The notes under the pieces: model-generated
Databases searched by the model: none
Told to the model about the DNA's origin: nothing
Seen by the model: the letters and a program-made list of their open reading frames with translations, nothing else
Origin: an uncultured delta proteobacterium
Lineage (GTDB): Bacteria > Desulfobacterota > Desulfomonilia > UBA1062
Length of the DNA stretch: 59,859 bases
Reading direction: 5' to 3'
Assembly (NCBI GenBank): GCA_963752595.1
Contig: CAVVYZ010000029.1
Location: 1-59,859, forward strand
Made by a program: the position numbers and the translations under genes
In this document: positions 31,126-40,405 of the stretch, in pieces
Layout of the letters: every line of letters starts with the position of its first letter
Numbering within the stretch: position 1 is the stretch's first letter

Positions 31126-31866
31126 ATGAGCGGTAAAAAGGTCGGGGCATATATGAGGAGTCTTGCAATAGCTACTGGTTTCGTTGCGTGCTTCATGGTC
31201 GCATCTTCGCCTGCATCTGCCGGTACCCAGTGGAATGTGGGAGTTTCCGGTGGAAAAGACGGGATAGACGGGTTCCATGTTTCCGTAGGTGAATACTACC
31301 GGGTTCCTGAAAAAGAAGTCGTTGTCGTTCATGAACGGGGCATCTGCGATGAAGAGCTGCCTGTCGTATTCTTCATTGCACAGAGGGCGCACGTGCATCC
31401 CGACTCCATTGTCATGCTCCGGAACCGGGGCATGAGCTGGATGAATATCACACTGCACTTCGGTCTGAGCCCGGAAATCTACTATGTACCGGTCAGGTAC
31501 GGCTACCCTCATGGGAATGCCTATGGGTATTACCAGCATAACCCGCGTAGCGAGTGGAGAAGGATAGCACTAAAGGACCGGGATATCGTGAATCAGGTAA
31601 ATTTGAGGTTCATGTCCGAGCACCACGGATATTCTCCGGAAAGGGTCATGCAATATAGATCGCAAGGAAGGAGCTTCACTACGATCAATCGCGACATCAC
31701 CCATGAAAGACACGGCCGGGTCGCATACAATGACCGGAAAGAAGGCAGGGATAACGGGAGAACATTGAGAGAAAACAGGCATCAAGGCAATGTACAGGCA
31801 AACTCCGGGGAGTGGAAGGAAAACCGGCATCAGAAACCGGGCCGGGAAAACGGCAAAGACAAGTAG
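31126..31866 (+). CDS. Hypothetical secreted protein with charged low-complexity C-terminus
   Basis: RBS AAGGAG, signal peptide ending ASA, helical repeat-like segments. Confidence 0.75.
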   Translation: MSGKKVGAYMRSLAIATGFVACFMVASSPASAGTQWNVGVSGGKDGIDGFHVSVGEYYRVPEKEVVVVHERGICDEELPVVFFIAQRAHVHPDSIVMLRNRGMSWMNITLHFGLSPEIYYVPVRYGYPHGNAYGYYQHNPRSEWRRIALKDRDIVNQVNLRFMSEHHGYSPERVMQYRSQGRSFTTINRDITHERHGRVAYNDRKEGRDNGRTLRENRHQGNVQANSGEWKENRHQKPGRENGKDK

Positions 31867-31973
31867 CGGGAAGAAGATGAATCATCGTATGCCCATGAAC
31901 AGCGATCTGAATTTGCCGGCAAAGCAGTCAGGTCCGAGCAGAGACAATTCCCGGTGATTTGGGAAAAAGACTA

Positions 31974-32007
31974 CGGGCGGAAGCACAGTGCTTCCGCCCG
32001 TTTTTTG
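31974..32007 (+). terminator. Intrinsic terminator
   Basis: CGGGCGGAAGCAC-A-GTGCTTCCGCCCG-TTTTTT. Confidence 0.7.
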
Positions 32008-32123
32008 ATTTTCTCCACGAGGACCGCTCCATCCATTGATTTTCCCCTTCCCCCCTGGATTCCTGATATCTTGCACGTATTATTTCTTTTTCTATGACGT
32101 GATGATGTGTGAAAGGAGATCAT

Positions 32124-32318
32124 ATGAGCAGGGTTGTCTATATCGACGAAGATGAGTGCATTGCATGCGGTTTGTGCCAGGACATCTGTCCGGAGGTCTT
32201 CAAACTGGATGATGATCAAATGGTGGCAAAAGTGCTCAAACCGCAGGGAAGCCCTGAGGAACTCATCCAGGAGGCCATCGATTCCTGCCCGGTCACGTGC
32301 ATCCACTGGAAAGAATGA
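32124..32318 (+). CDS. Single-cluster [4Fe-4S] ferredoxin
   Basis: CIACGLC..CPEVF...AIDSCPVTCI; RBS AAGGAG. Confidence 0.93.
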   Translation: MSRVVYIDEDECIACGLCQDICPEVFKLDDDQMVAKVLKPQGSPEELIQEAIDSCPVTCIHWKE

Positions 32319-32449
32319 GTCCTGATTGCCGCATATGGTATGTACAGCACACCGATTCTCACACTGGGAAAGTATATTTATTTCGAGGAAGCTTTTTGCC
32401 GAAACAGTTAAGGTATTGACCTGATAAAACTAATCGCAAGACTTTAGTT

Positions 32450-35400
32450 TTGTATGGTTATATGGAAGGAGCGGCGGATCGAACCAAGATCCGTCTGGCG
32501 GTCATGAAGGAGGATGAGGGCAGAGATCAGAGACTGGAACTTTCCCGGCTTGCCGTTGATCATGCATCCATAAGCGCAATATGGATGGATCCCGGAGGCA
32601 GGCTGATCTATGTAAACAACGCTGCGTGCATATCTCTCGGCTATACCGAGGATGATCTTCTTGCCCGATCCATATCCGACATCGATATTTGCCTCACGCC
32701 GGAGACATGGAAGAATCTCTGGAACGGGCTCAAGAAAGACGGCTCAGAAATCCTTGAATCAGTATACCGCAAGGCTGATGGAAGCTCATTTCCCGTCAGG
32801 GTTTCAGCAAGCTATATCCGCAACGGAGGGCTTGAATATGCCTGCACCTTCGTTCATGACATCCACCCGCGCGAAGACGGCCAAGAAAAAATTCCTACTA
32901 AGGATGATAAATCGCCCGACATTTTCGAGGGCGTCTCTGATGCCTGGTACTTTCATGATCTGAATGGGAGATTCACGGAAACAAATCCGGCATTCCGGAG
33001 GATCTTTGGCTATCCCGAAGATAAACCGCTGCCTGACGATTTCCGTATTCAAGATCTCCTGCCCGAAAAACTGAAGGCTTCTGCCCGCAGTTACCTTGAC
33101 TCCGTCACCCGTGATAAGAAGAATGAAGGATTAATAAAAGTATTGTGCAGGGACGGGTTGGAAAGGATCATCGAGTATAAAAATTCCCTGGTTTTCGGAA
33201 ACGACGGCAAGGCAATAGGCGTCCGCGGAACAGGCCGCGATATAACCGAACGTTACCTGTACCGGAAGGAGATGAAGGAGATCGAGCAGAGATACCGGGA
33301 TATCTTTGACAATGTAACCGACCTCCTCTTCTTCCATGACCTGGACGGCAATTTCGACCTGAAGCAGTGCAATCCTGCCGTCAGACAGCAGCTTGTGGGA
33401 GGGAATCCCGACATAGCAACCGTGAACATCAGGAAGTACATGCCTGAACCTTATCGCTCGGGTTTTGATTCATACCTTGAACGGGTGAAGAAAAAGGGCA
33501 AGGACGAAGGCCTGTTCACGATTATCAACTTCGCCGGCCATGAGGTGGTCATGGAGTACAGGAACTCCCTCGTGACCGATAAAACCGGGCCGATCGGTAT
33601 ACGCGGTTCTGCAAGAGACATATCCGAACGGATAGTCTACGAGCGTGCCTTGAGAAAGAGCGAGGAAAAATACCGCACCATCCTCGAAAATATTGAGCAT
33701 GGCTACTATGAGGTAGATATCTCCGGTAGCTTCACCTTTGTGAATGATTCCCTGTGCAGAATCTTCGGCATCCCAAAGGATGAGTTATTCGGGACGAACT
33801 TCAGCAAGTTTGCTGATGAAGAGATGGCAAAGAAGGTCTATGAAACCTTTCACACCATGGATAAAACCGGGAATGACCTGAAGTCGACCGAATGGGAATT
33901 CATCACGAGAGACGGCCGGAGGATCCACATCGAGGGATCAATCTCCCGTATTCTTTCCAGAAGCGGTAAGTGCAGGGGATTCCGGGGTATTATCAGCGAT
34001 GTCACCAACCGGGTGCAGACCGAGCATGCCCTGAAAGAAAGCGAGCTGAAATACCGCTCCATCCTCGAAGGCATGGAGGAAGGCTACTACGAGACCGACC
34101 TCAAAGGCGGGTTCACTTTTTTCAACAACTCAATGTGCCGGATCATCGGCCTCAGCCGGAGAGAAATGCAGGGCATGGACTTCAGGGAATATACGGACGA
34201 CAAGAACGCCGACAAAGTCTTCCAGGCATTTCACCGGGCATTCGAAACCGGAAAGCCGCAGAAGGGCGTTCAGTGGGATTTCATCAGAAAGGACGGCAGC
34301 CTCGTACATGTGGAATCCTCTATTCTGCTCATCAGAGATTTAGATGGCAGAGCCATGGGTTTCAGAGGGGTTCTTCAGGATATTACGAGCAGGAAGAAGG
34401 CTGAAGAAGAGACGAGACTGCTTGAGGAAAAGCTGAAGAATGCGCAAAAGATGGAGGCGCTCGGAACGTTGGCCGGAGGTGTGGCTCACGACCTTAACAA
34501 CATACTCTCCGGGGTCGTGAGTTATCCGGAGATGCTCCTGATGACCCTGAATGAAGAAAGTCCCTTAAAGGAGCCCATCAAGAAGATACAGAAGTCCGGA
34601 GAAAGGGCTGCAGCAGTCGTTCAGGACCTCCTTACCCTGGCAAGGAGAGGAGTTGCAATCAAGGAAGTGGTAAATGTGAACGACATCATCAGGGAATATC
34701 TCAATTCACCGGAATATGCACGGCTTATATCCCTGTATCCCGCTATCAAGCTCGATTTCCTATCCGGCGAATCCCTTTTTAATATTGTCGGATCACCGGC
34801 ACATCTCTCCAAGAGCATCATGAATCTCATTTTCAATGCAGTGGAGGCTATGCCGGAAGGCGGCATCGTCACCCTGAAGACGTACAATGTCATCATCAAA
34901 GGCCGGGGGGAATACATCGAAGGGCTTCCCCACGGGGAATACGTGTGCTTGCGGGTAACCGATACCGGTATAGGCATCTCCGCTGAAGACATATCGAGGA
35001 TATTCGAGCCCTTCTATACCAAGAAGAAGATGGGCAGGAGCGGCACGGGCCTGGGCCTGGCCGTGGTATGGGGAACTGTCCAGGATCACGGGGGCCATAT
35101 CGATGTCGCCTGCAGAGAAGGAAAGACTGTTTTTACCCTCCATTTCCCCTCCACCCGCAAAGAACTGCCCGAGACCAAATCGCAGAAACCGCTGAAAGAT
35201 TATATGGGCAACGGGGAAAGGATACTGGTTGTGGACGACAATGAAGAGCAGTGCGAGGTGGCTTCCGACATGCTTGAATTCCTCGGTTATGAGGTCACAA
35301 CGGTATCGAGCGGTGAAGATGCCGTCTCTTACATGAAAGACCATTCTACCGATCTCATTCTCCTGGATATGATCCTGGAACAGGGCATCGACGGGCTGGA

Positions 35401-35590
35401 AACCTTTGAGAGAATTCTCCAGATACACCCTTCTCAGAAAGCAGTCATTGCAAGCGGTTACTCTGAAACCGACCGGGTTAAAAAAGCGCAGAACTTAGGC
35501 GCCGGCAGATACATCAAAAAGCCTTACCTCATAGAAGATCTCGGCATGGCGGTAATGCTGGAACTCCGGAAAAAAGAAGGCACATCTTGA
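32450..35590 (+). CDS. Cytoplasmic hybrid histidine kinase (five PAS domains + HisKA + HATPase + receiver)
   Basis: LAGGVAHDLNN, NAVEAM, DTGIG, GTGLGL, ILVVDD..LLDM; start codon uncertain. Confidence 0.92.
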   Translation: MYGYMEGAADRTKIRLAVMKEDEGRDQRLELSRLAVDHASISAIWMDPGGRLIYVNNAACISLGYTEDDLLARSISDIDICLTPETWKNLWNGLKKDGSEILESVYRKADGSSFPVRVSASYIRNGGLEYACTFVHDIHPREDGQEKIPTKDDKSPDIFEGVSDAWYFHDLNGRFTETNPAFRRIFGYPEDKPLPDDFRIQDLLPEKLKASARSYLDSVTRDKKNEGLIKVLCRDGLERIIEYKNSLVFGNDGKAIGVRGTGRDITERYLYRKEMKEIEQRYRDIFDNVTDLLFFHDLDGNFDLKQCNPAVRQQLVGGNPDIATVNIRKYMPEPYRSGFDSYLERVKKKGKDEGLFTIINFAGHEVVMEYRNSLVTDKTGPIGIRGSARDISERIVYERALRKSEEKYRTILENIEHGYYEVDISGSFTFVNDSLCRIFGIPKDELFGTNFSKFADEEMAKKVYETFHTMDKTGNDLKSTEWEFITRDGRRIHIEGSISRILSRSGKCRGFRGIISDVTNRVQTEHALKESELKYRSILEGMEEGYYETDLKGGFTFFNNSMCRIIGLSRREMQGMDFREYTDDKNADKVFQAFHRAFETGKPQKGVQWDFIRKDGSLVHVESSILLIRDLDGRAMGFRGVLQDITSRKKAEEETRLLEEKLKNAQKMEALGTLAGGVAHDLNNILSGVVSYPEMLLMTLNEESPLKEPIKKIQKSGERAAAVVQDLLTLARRGVAIKEVVNVNDIIREYLNSPEYARLISLYPAIKLDFLSGESLFNIVGSPAHLSKSIMNLIFNAVEAMPEGGIVTLKTYNVIIKGRGEYIEGLPHGEYVCLRVTDTGIGISAEDISRIFEPFYTKKKMGRSGTGLGLAVVWGTVQDHGGHIDVACREGKTVFTLHFPSTRKELPETKSQKPLKDYMGNGERILVVDDNEEQCEVASDMLEFLGYEVTTVSSGEDAVSYMKDHSTDLILLDMILEQGIDGLETFERILQIHPSQKAVIASGYSETDRVKKAQNLGAGRYIKKPYLIEDLGMAVMLELRKKEGTS

Positions 35591-35619
35591 GGCGAAGGAT
35601 CAATCAGTAGCCCTCCTCC

Positions 35620-36051
35620 TTATACATCCAGCACTACGGTCGTTTTCCATCCTTCCCGGTCGTGCTTGACCTGGAAGCGGTGGAGGGTAACAGCCTTTAC
35701 GTCGGCATTGAGCTCGTGCGTCTTGGGATTGATTTTTTCTCCCGAAGCCTCTGCCTTGAGAACCAGGCTGTCGTCCTTCTCGGTGATGGAAATCCTGGGG
35801 ACCCTCAACAGGAGCTGCTCGGCGTCCTTGTAGAAGATGAGTACCTGGAGAAATTCGAAAAGCAGCCTCTCCACATCCCTCGCTTTAATATGGAAATTAC
35901 GGTGTTCTACAGGGTGAATGCTTTTCAGATCTTCCACCATAACATTCGTCAAAGCATCGCCTGCCTCAATGAACAGATCTTCTCTCGTATTGGCTTGCGC
36001 CTCAAAGGCAATATCTGCAATTGCGATGTCTCCCAGATACCGGTAGGGCAT
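35620..36051 (-). CDS. Archease
   Basis: N-terminal ADIAF, C-terminal DVKAVTLH..VLDV; directly downstream of rtcB. Confidence 0.9.
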   Translation of the reverse strand: MPYRYLGDIAIADIAFEAQANTREDLFIEAGDALTNVMVEDLKSIHPVEHRNFHIKARDVERLLFEFLQVLIFYKDAEQLLLRVPRISITEKDDSLVLKAEASGEKINPKTHELNADVKAVTLHRFQVKHDREGWKTTVVLDV

Positions 36052-36072
36052 TTCTCTCTTCTTTCCTGATTA

Positions 36073-37530
36073 TCAGCCCTTAATATTTCCGATCGGAACA
36101 AACCTGGCAACCCTTCTGCTGATTCCGGCCAGCTCGGTCGCCCTCACCACTTCATCAATATCTTTGTAGGCTCCCCCTGCCTCTTCGGCAAGTCCTCTAT
36201 AGGAAACGGTACGGACATAGATTCCCCGCTCCTTCATATCCCTGGCCAGGCTTTTCCCATGATATTTCTTCCTGGCACTATGGCGGCTCATGGTCCGGCC
36301 GCTGCCGTGGGCTGTGGAGTAAAATGTCTGAGCCCCGCTTTCAACCCCTGCAAGGAGGTATGAGCCGGTCTCCATACTCCCGCCGATGATGACGGGCTGG
36401 CCGGTTTTTCTGAAGTCCTTCGGCAGCTCTCCCATGCCCGGGCCAAAGGCACGGGTGGAGCCTTTCCGGTGGACGAGGATCTGTTTTGTGCGGCCGCCTA
36501 CTGAATGGTCCTCCAGCTTGGCCGTGTTGTGGGTAACGTCATAGATCTGCCGGATGCCGAGGTCTTCGGGGCTTTTGCCGAATACCTCGGAGAAGACCTC
36601 GCGAATGCGGTGAAGAATCACCTGACGGTTGGCAAAGGACATATTCACGGCACACTTCATTGCAGCGAAGTAGTTCTGCCCTTCGGGAGACTTGAACGGG
36701 GCACACGCAAGCTCTGAATCAATGATCCTGATCCCGTATTTTCTCTCCATAACATCGAGCAGGACATGCAGGTAATCGGTCGCCACCTGGTGTCCGAATC
36801 CCCTGCTCCCGCAGTGATACATCACCACGATCTGGTCCGGCAGGGTGATGCCGAAGGCTTGGGCAAGCTCTTGATCATAGATATTCTCCCTCTTCGCCAC
36901 CTGGATTTCCAGGTAATGGTTCCCTGAACCGAGTGTTCCGATCTGGTTAAACCCCCGCTGGACTGCCCTTTTGCTTACCTTTGACGGGTCGGCGCCCTCC
37001 ATGCAGCCGCCTTCTTCGGTACGCTCAAGATCATCGGCCAGGGCATAGCCGTTTTTCAGGCACCACCGTGCGCCATCCCGGGCTACCGTGAGGAACTCAT
37101 CCGGGGTCAGCTTCACAAACCCTGTGCTGCCGACCCCTGCGGGGATCCTCTCGAAGAGACGGTCTACGAGCTTTTCGAGACGGGGCTTTACCTCCCCATA
37201 GGTAAGATTCGTAGAGACAAGGCGCATGCCGCAGTTGATGTCGAACCCGATCCCGCCCGGCGAGATTACCCCATTGTCGGGTTCAAAGGCCGCCACGCCT
37301 CCGATGGGGAAACCGTAACCCCAGTGGCCGTCGGGCATGCAGAGCGAGTACTCCACGATACCGGGAAGAGTTGCCACATTGGTAACCTGATCCAATACCC
37401 CTGCATCGAATTGATCGACCAGTTCTTTTGTGCCGTAGAGGCGAGCCGGTACCCGCATACCGTGTTTATAGGATCGGGGAATCTCCCATACACCGGGTGA
37501 TATGCTGATGAGGGTACCCGATGCGGTCAT
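36073..37530 (-). CDS. rtcB: RtcB RNA ligase
   Basis: MPDGHWGYGFPIGG, GFDINCG, GTLGSGNHYLE, HCGSRG, HRKG and STAHGSGR; no intein. Confidence 0.96.
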   Translation of the reverse strand: MTASGTLISISPGVWEIPRSYKHGMRVPARLYGTKELVDQFDAGVLDQVTNVATLPGIVEYSLCMPDGHWGYGFPIGGVAAFEPDNGVISPGGIGFDINCGMRLVSTNLTYGEVKPRLEKLVDRLFERIPAGVGSTGFVKLTPDEFLTVARDGARWCLKNGYALADDLERTEEGGCMEGADPSKVSKRAVQRGFNQIGTLGSGNHYLEIQVAKRENIYDQELAQAFGITLPDQIVVMYHCGSRGFGHQVATDYLHVLLDVMERKYGIRIIDSELACAPFKSPEGQNYFAAMKCAVNMSFANRQVILHRIREVFSEVFGKSPEDLGIRQIYDVTHNTAKLEDHSVGGRTKQILVHRKGSTRAFGPGMGELPKDFRKTGQPVIIGGSMETGSYLLAGVESGAQTFYSTAHGSGRTMSRHSARKKYHGKSLARDMKERGIYVRTVSYRGLAEEAGGAYKDIDEVVRATELAGISRRVARFVPIGNIKG

Positions 37531-38219
37531 TATTCCTCTTTCCCCTTCATGCTCCCCCGAAGTATGGCAATAACCTCATCATCCGTTGTCTGTTCAAACT
37601 GGGAATAGAATTGTCCGACCGCATAGAAAAAAGGAGGCACCTTCAGCGCAATGGTCTCGTCTGCAAAGTCGGCTATCCGTTTTACGGCATCGGAGGTAGC
37701 GACGGGAACGGCAGCAATGAGCTTTGCAGGACTCTCCTTCCGGGCAGCCCAGAGAGAAGCCTGCATGGTAGCGCCGGTTGCTATCCCGTCATCGGTTATG
37801 ATGACCGTGCGCCCCTTCAGCGGCACCTTCGGCCTCACCTCACGGTATTTTGTGACGCGCTTCTGTATTTCGCCTATTTGCTTTGCCTTCTGCTCCTCCA
37901 CGTACCCTTTTATCTCTTCGTATCTCCCCAGCCCGCTGATGACATCCTGGATCAGGAAGAGCTTGCCGTCTTCGTTCAGGGCGCCGATTGCCAATTCCGG
38001 GTTGCCCGGAGCACCGAGCTTCCGGGAGAGGACCACATCGAGCTCCGCATGGAGAAGGAGAGACAGCTGCATCGCCACAACCACCCCGCCCCTCGGGATA
38101 CCGAGAATAACCGGATCTTCGCTCGATAAGTTCAGGATTTCATTACCCAGGAGACGACCGGCTTCTATCCTGTTCGCAAATGGCTCTGAACCGTGAGATA
38201 TAGTCCGTAAAATCCCCAT
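37530..38219 (-). CDS. Putative phosphoribosyltransferase
   Basis: LGIPRGGV, RKLGAPGNPELAIGA, PRPP motif IITDDGIATG; stop codon overlaps the rtcB start (TAATG). Confidence 0.88.
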   Translation of the reverse strand: MGILRTISHGSEPFANRIEAGRLLGNEILNLSSEDPVILGIPRGGVVVAMQLSLLLHAELDVVLSRKLGAPGNPELAIGALNEDGKLFLIQDVISGLGRYEEIKGYVEEQKAKQIGEIQKRVTKYREVRPKVPLKGRTVIITDDGIATGATMQASLWAARKESPAKLIAAVPVATSDAVKRIADFADETIALKVPPFFYAVGQFYSQFEQTTDDEVIAILRGSMKGKEE

Positions 38220-38625
38220 AGGAAGACATTGACCTCGCTTTACAAAAGGTTTGCTGCCGCCCAAAAAAAGAAGAAGGTCCGGTTTTTGATCAGGGCCCTT
38301 CTTGAATGTCACTTATCATTCATAAAATAACGTCTGATCCCGCTCTCTCAACAGACGCTCTGAAGCACCGGGACGCATCTTTGCCGTGCACCTCCCGGTT
38401 TCATGCGTGCCTTGTAATACCCGGAACAGGAAGGCCCTGTCACGATCCATAGACGTGTACTTGTCCGGCTCACCTTTTCAGATTATTCTTCTTCTCTAGA
38501 AGCTTGAATTGATCCTTACAAAAGAGATCACCTTCCCCGCCGGAGAAACACCCTTCCAAGAAACAGGGAAGCGCCTGCAAACTCATCAGCCCGGTGAAAC
38601 GATTCTTCCAAAGAAGGAGGCGGAT

Positions 38626-39600
38626 ATGAAAAAAATCATTCGCACAGAGCCCCCATGGGCAGGTTTTGCACTCATTGTTTTTTTTCTCTTCACGGTCACA
38701 GTCGAGGCGGGTTGCGGCATCGAAAGCAGCAACCCGCCTCAAAATGAAACCGGGGCAGAAGCAGAGGAAATATCGGCACCGATATTAAGAGCCCCGGCAG
38801 ACGGGTCGATTGTCAATACAACAAACCCTGTCTTCGATTGGGATGATGTACCTTTGGCTACGGCATTTCAGATTCAGATAAGCTCGACTAATGATTTCAG
38901 TACCCTCGAGATCGACAGGGAGGTTTCCACCTCATCGTTTACGGCATCCGATTTTATTTTAAGCCGTGGGGTGCATTTCTTGAGGGTCAGGGCAAAGGAC
39001 AGCTCGGGCCAATTGAGCCCATGGAGCACGGTTTTTTCCTTCACGGTGGCAAGCGTCCGAAGCAAAGAGCGGCCCGCTGCAGTGATTACCTATCCTGCAG
39101 CCGATACGACCATATTCAAAGGAGGCTACATCGATTGTGCAGGGTCAATGACGGATGGAAACAATCCTTCCGGATGTCTCTGGAAATTCGGCGATATGGG
39201 CACCTGTGAGAACAATCCTGCACCTGCAGCCGTAAGGTTCAATGAGGCCGGAACCTACCTTGTCCGGTTCACCGCTTTCACTGCAGACGGGCAAGGATCG
39301 AGCGATGAGGTAACCATCACGGTCATCGACGGAAGCCCGGTCCCGGTCGCTCCGGATGACGGATATGCAGCAACGGACCATACCCTTGAGTTTTCCTGGG
39401 AACCCATGGAGGGAGCCGACTCTTATATCCTCTTCATGCCGGGAACAAGTGAAGAAAGCGAACTCAATTTCCCGGAGGAGGACGTCTCGAGGGAGGTAAG
39501 CTTTGCCTGTCCCGGTGAATATTCCTGGTGCGTGTACGCCCTCGACTCGCAGGGCAATGCCAGTGCGTGTTCTCCATTACGAACCTTTACGGTTCCATAA
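38626..39600 (+). CDS. Exported Ig-like/PKD-domain protein
   Basis: RBS AGGAGG, N-terminal hydrophobic segment with AGC, FN3-like segments (FDW..VRA..SPWS) and a PKD-like WKFGD..GTYLV segment. Confidence 0.7.
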   Translation: MKKIIRTEPPWAGFALIVFFLFTVTVEAGCGIESSNPPQNETGAEAEEISAPILRAPADGSIVNTTNPVFDWDDVPLATAFQIQISSTNDFSTLEIDREVSTSSFTASDFILSRGVHFLRVRAKDSSGQLSPWSTVFSFTVASVRSKERPAAVITYPAADTTIFKGGYIDCAGSMTDGNNPSGCLWKFGDMGTCENNPAPAAVRFNEAGTYLVRFTAFTADGQGSSDEVTITVIDGSPVPVAPDDGYAATDHTLEFSWEPMEGADSYILFMPGTSEESELNFPEEDVSREVSFACPGEYSWCVYALDSQGNASACSPLRTFTVP

Positions 39601-39605
39601 ATGAA

Positions 39606-40112
39606 TTACAGCACGTTTCCGATCAGAAACCTCGAGGTAGTCTCATAAAGCGCTTGGGGCAGATTCTCCACGTATGTATTGCACTGCGGGCACATCCAGA
39701 CGATACCCTTACTCTGCTGGACATCAGTAAATCTGATGGTTGTACCGCACATATCACAATAATATGTGAGGCTCTCCAGATCCTTCAAATCATCCATCAT
39801 GTCGGGGTAGTAAAGTTTCAAACCGGCTCCGAACAGATGATGGCCTTCCTGCTCCATGTATCTGGTCCACCTGATGATCCCTACGTTGTCCTCAAGCTCC
39901 TTACAGGTTACTTCTTTCGGCACTTCCTGCGCGGTATGGATGAGGATATTTTCACCCGGCCTGAGTTCACGGTCGGCCTCCAGGTACACGCCGTCATCGC
40001 TGACATTGAAAACCGTTGCCTGAAACGACTGGTCCGACTGCTTGGACAGACACTCCAGCGGTATCCTGCAGTACATTCGTGAATGCATCCTGTTTTCTCT
40101 TATCTGGGCCAT
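39606..40112 (-). CDS. PilZ-domain protein with C-terminal zinc ribbon
   Basis: RMHSR (RxxxR) and NVSDDG (NxSxxG); CDMC..CPQC. Confidence 0.75.
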   Translation of the reverse strand: MAQIRENRMHSRMYCRIPLECLSKQSDQSFQATVFNVSDDGVYLEADRELRPGENILIHTAQEVPKEVTCKELEDNVGIIRWTRYMEQEGHHLFGAGLKLYYPDMMDDLKDLESLTYYCDMCGTTIRFTDVQQSKGIVWMCPQCNTYVENLPQALYETTSRFLIGNVL

Positions 40113-40405
40113 GTCCCTCTCCTTTGTAAAGGTTCTCGTGCCCTGGCTTTAAGTTAACCGGTGTCTCCATGCTATTTTCTTTCGTACAGGATTATCATAA
40201 TAGAAAATATATTCCGGGTATCAAGTGTGTGGAGAAGGTTATTATTTGTGACAGGTGAAATATTTTACCGTTGAAATACCAGGAGATATGATCGGGACAG
40301 CCCAACGTATGACAGGGCACGTACGGCACCTGTCTCTTCCGGCCGGCATTCCCGAACGCTTATGGAGCTCCCAGGCATCTGAATCCGGTGAGCACCGGGA
40401 AAGCC

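Noticed and set aside
38330-38625. Possible c-di-GMP riboswitch in the long intergenic region (GCAAAC and GGGACGCA words)
   Set aside because: The motifs are not in the order or spacing of the GEMM consensus; an Infernal/Rfam scan would be needed to rule it out fully.
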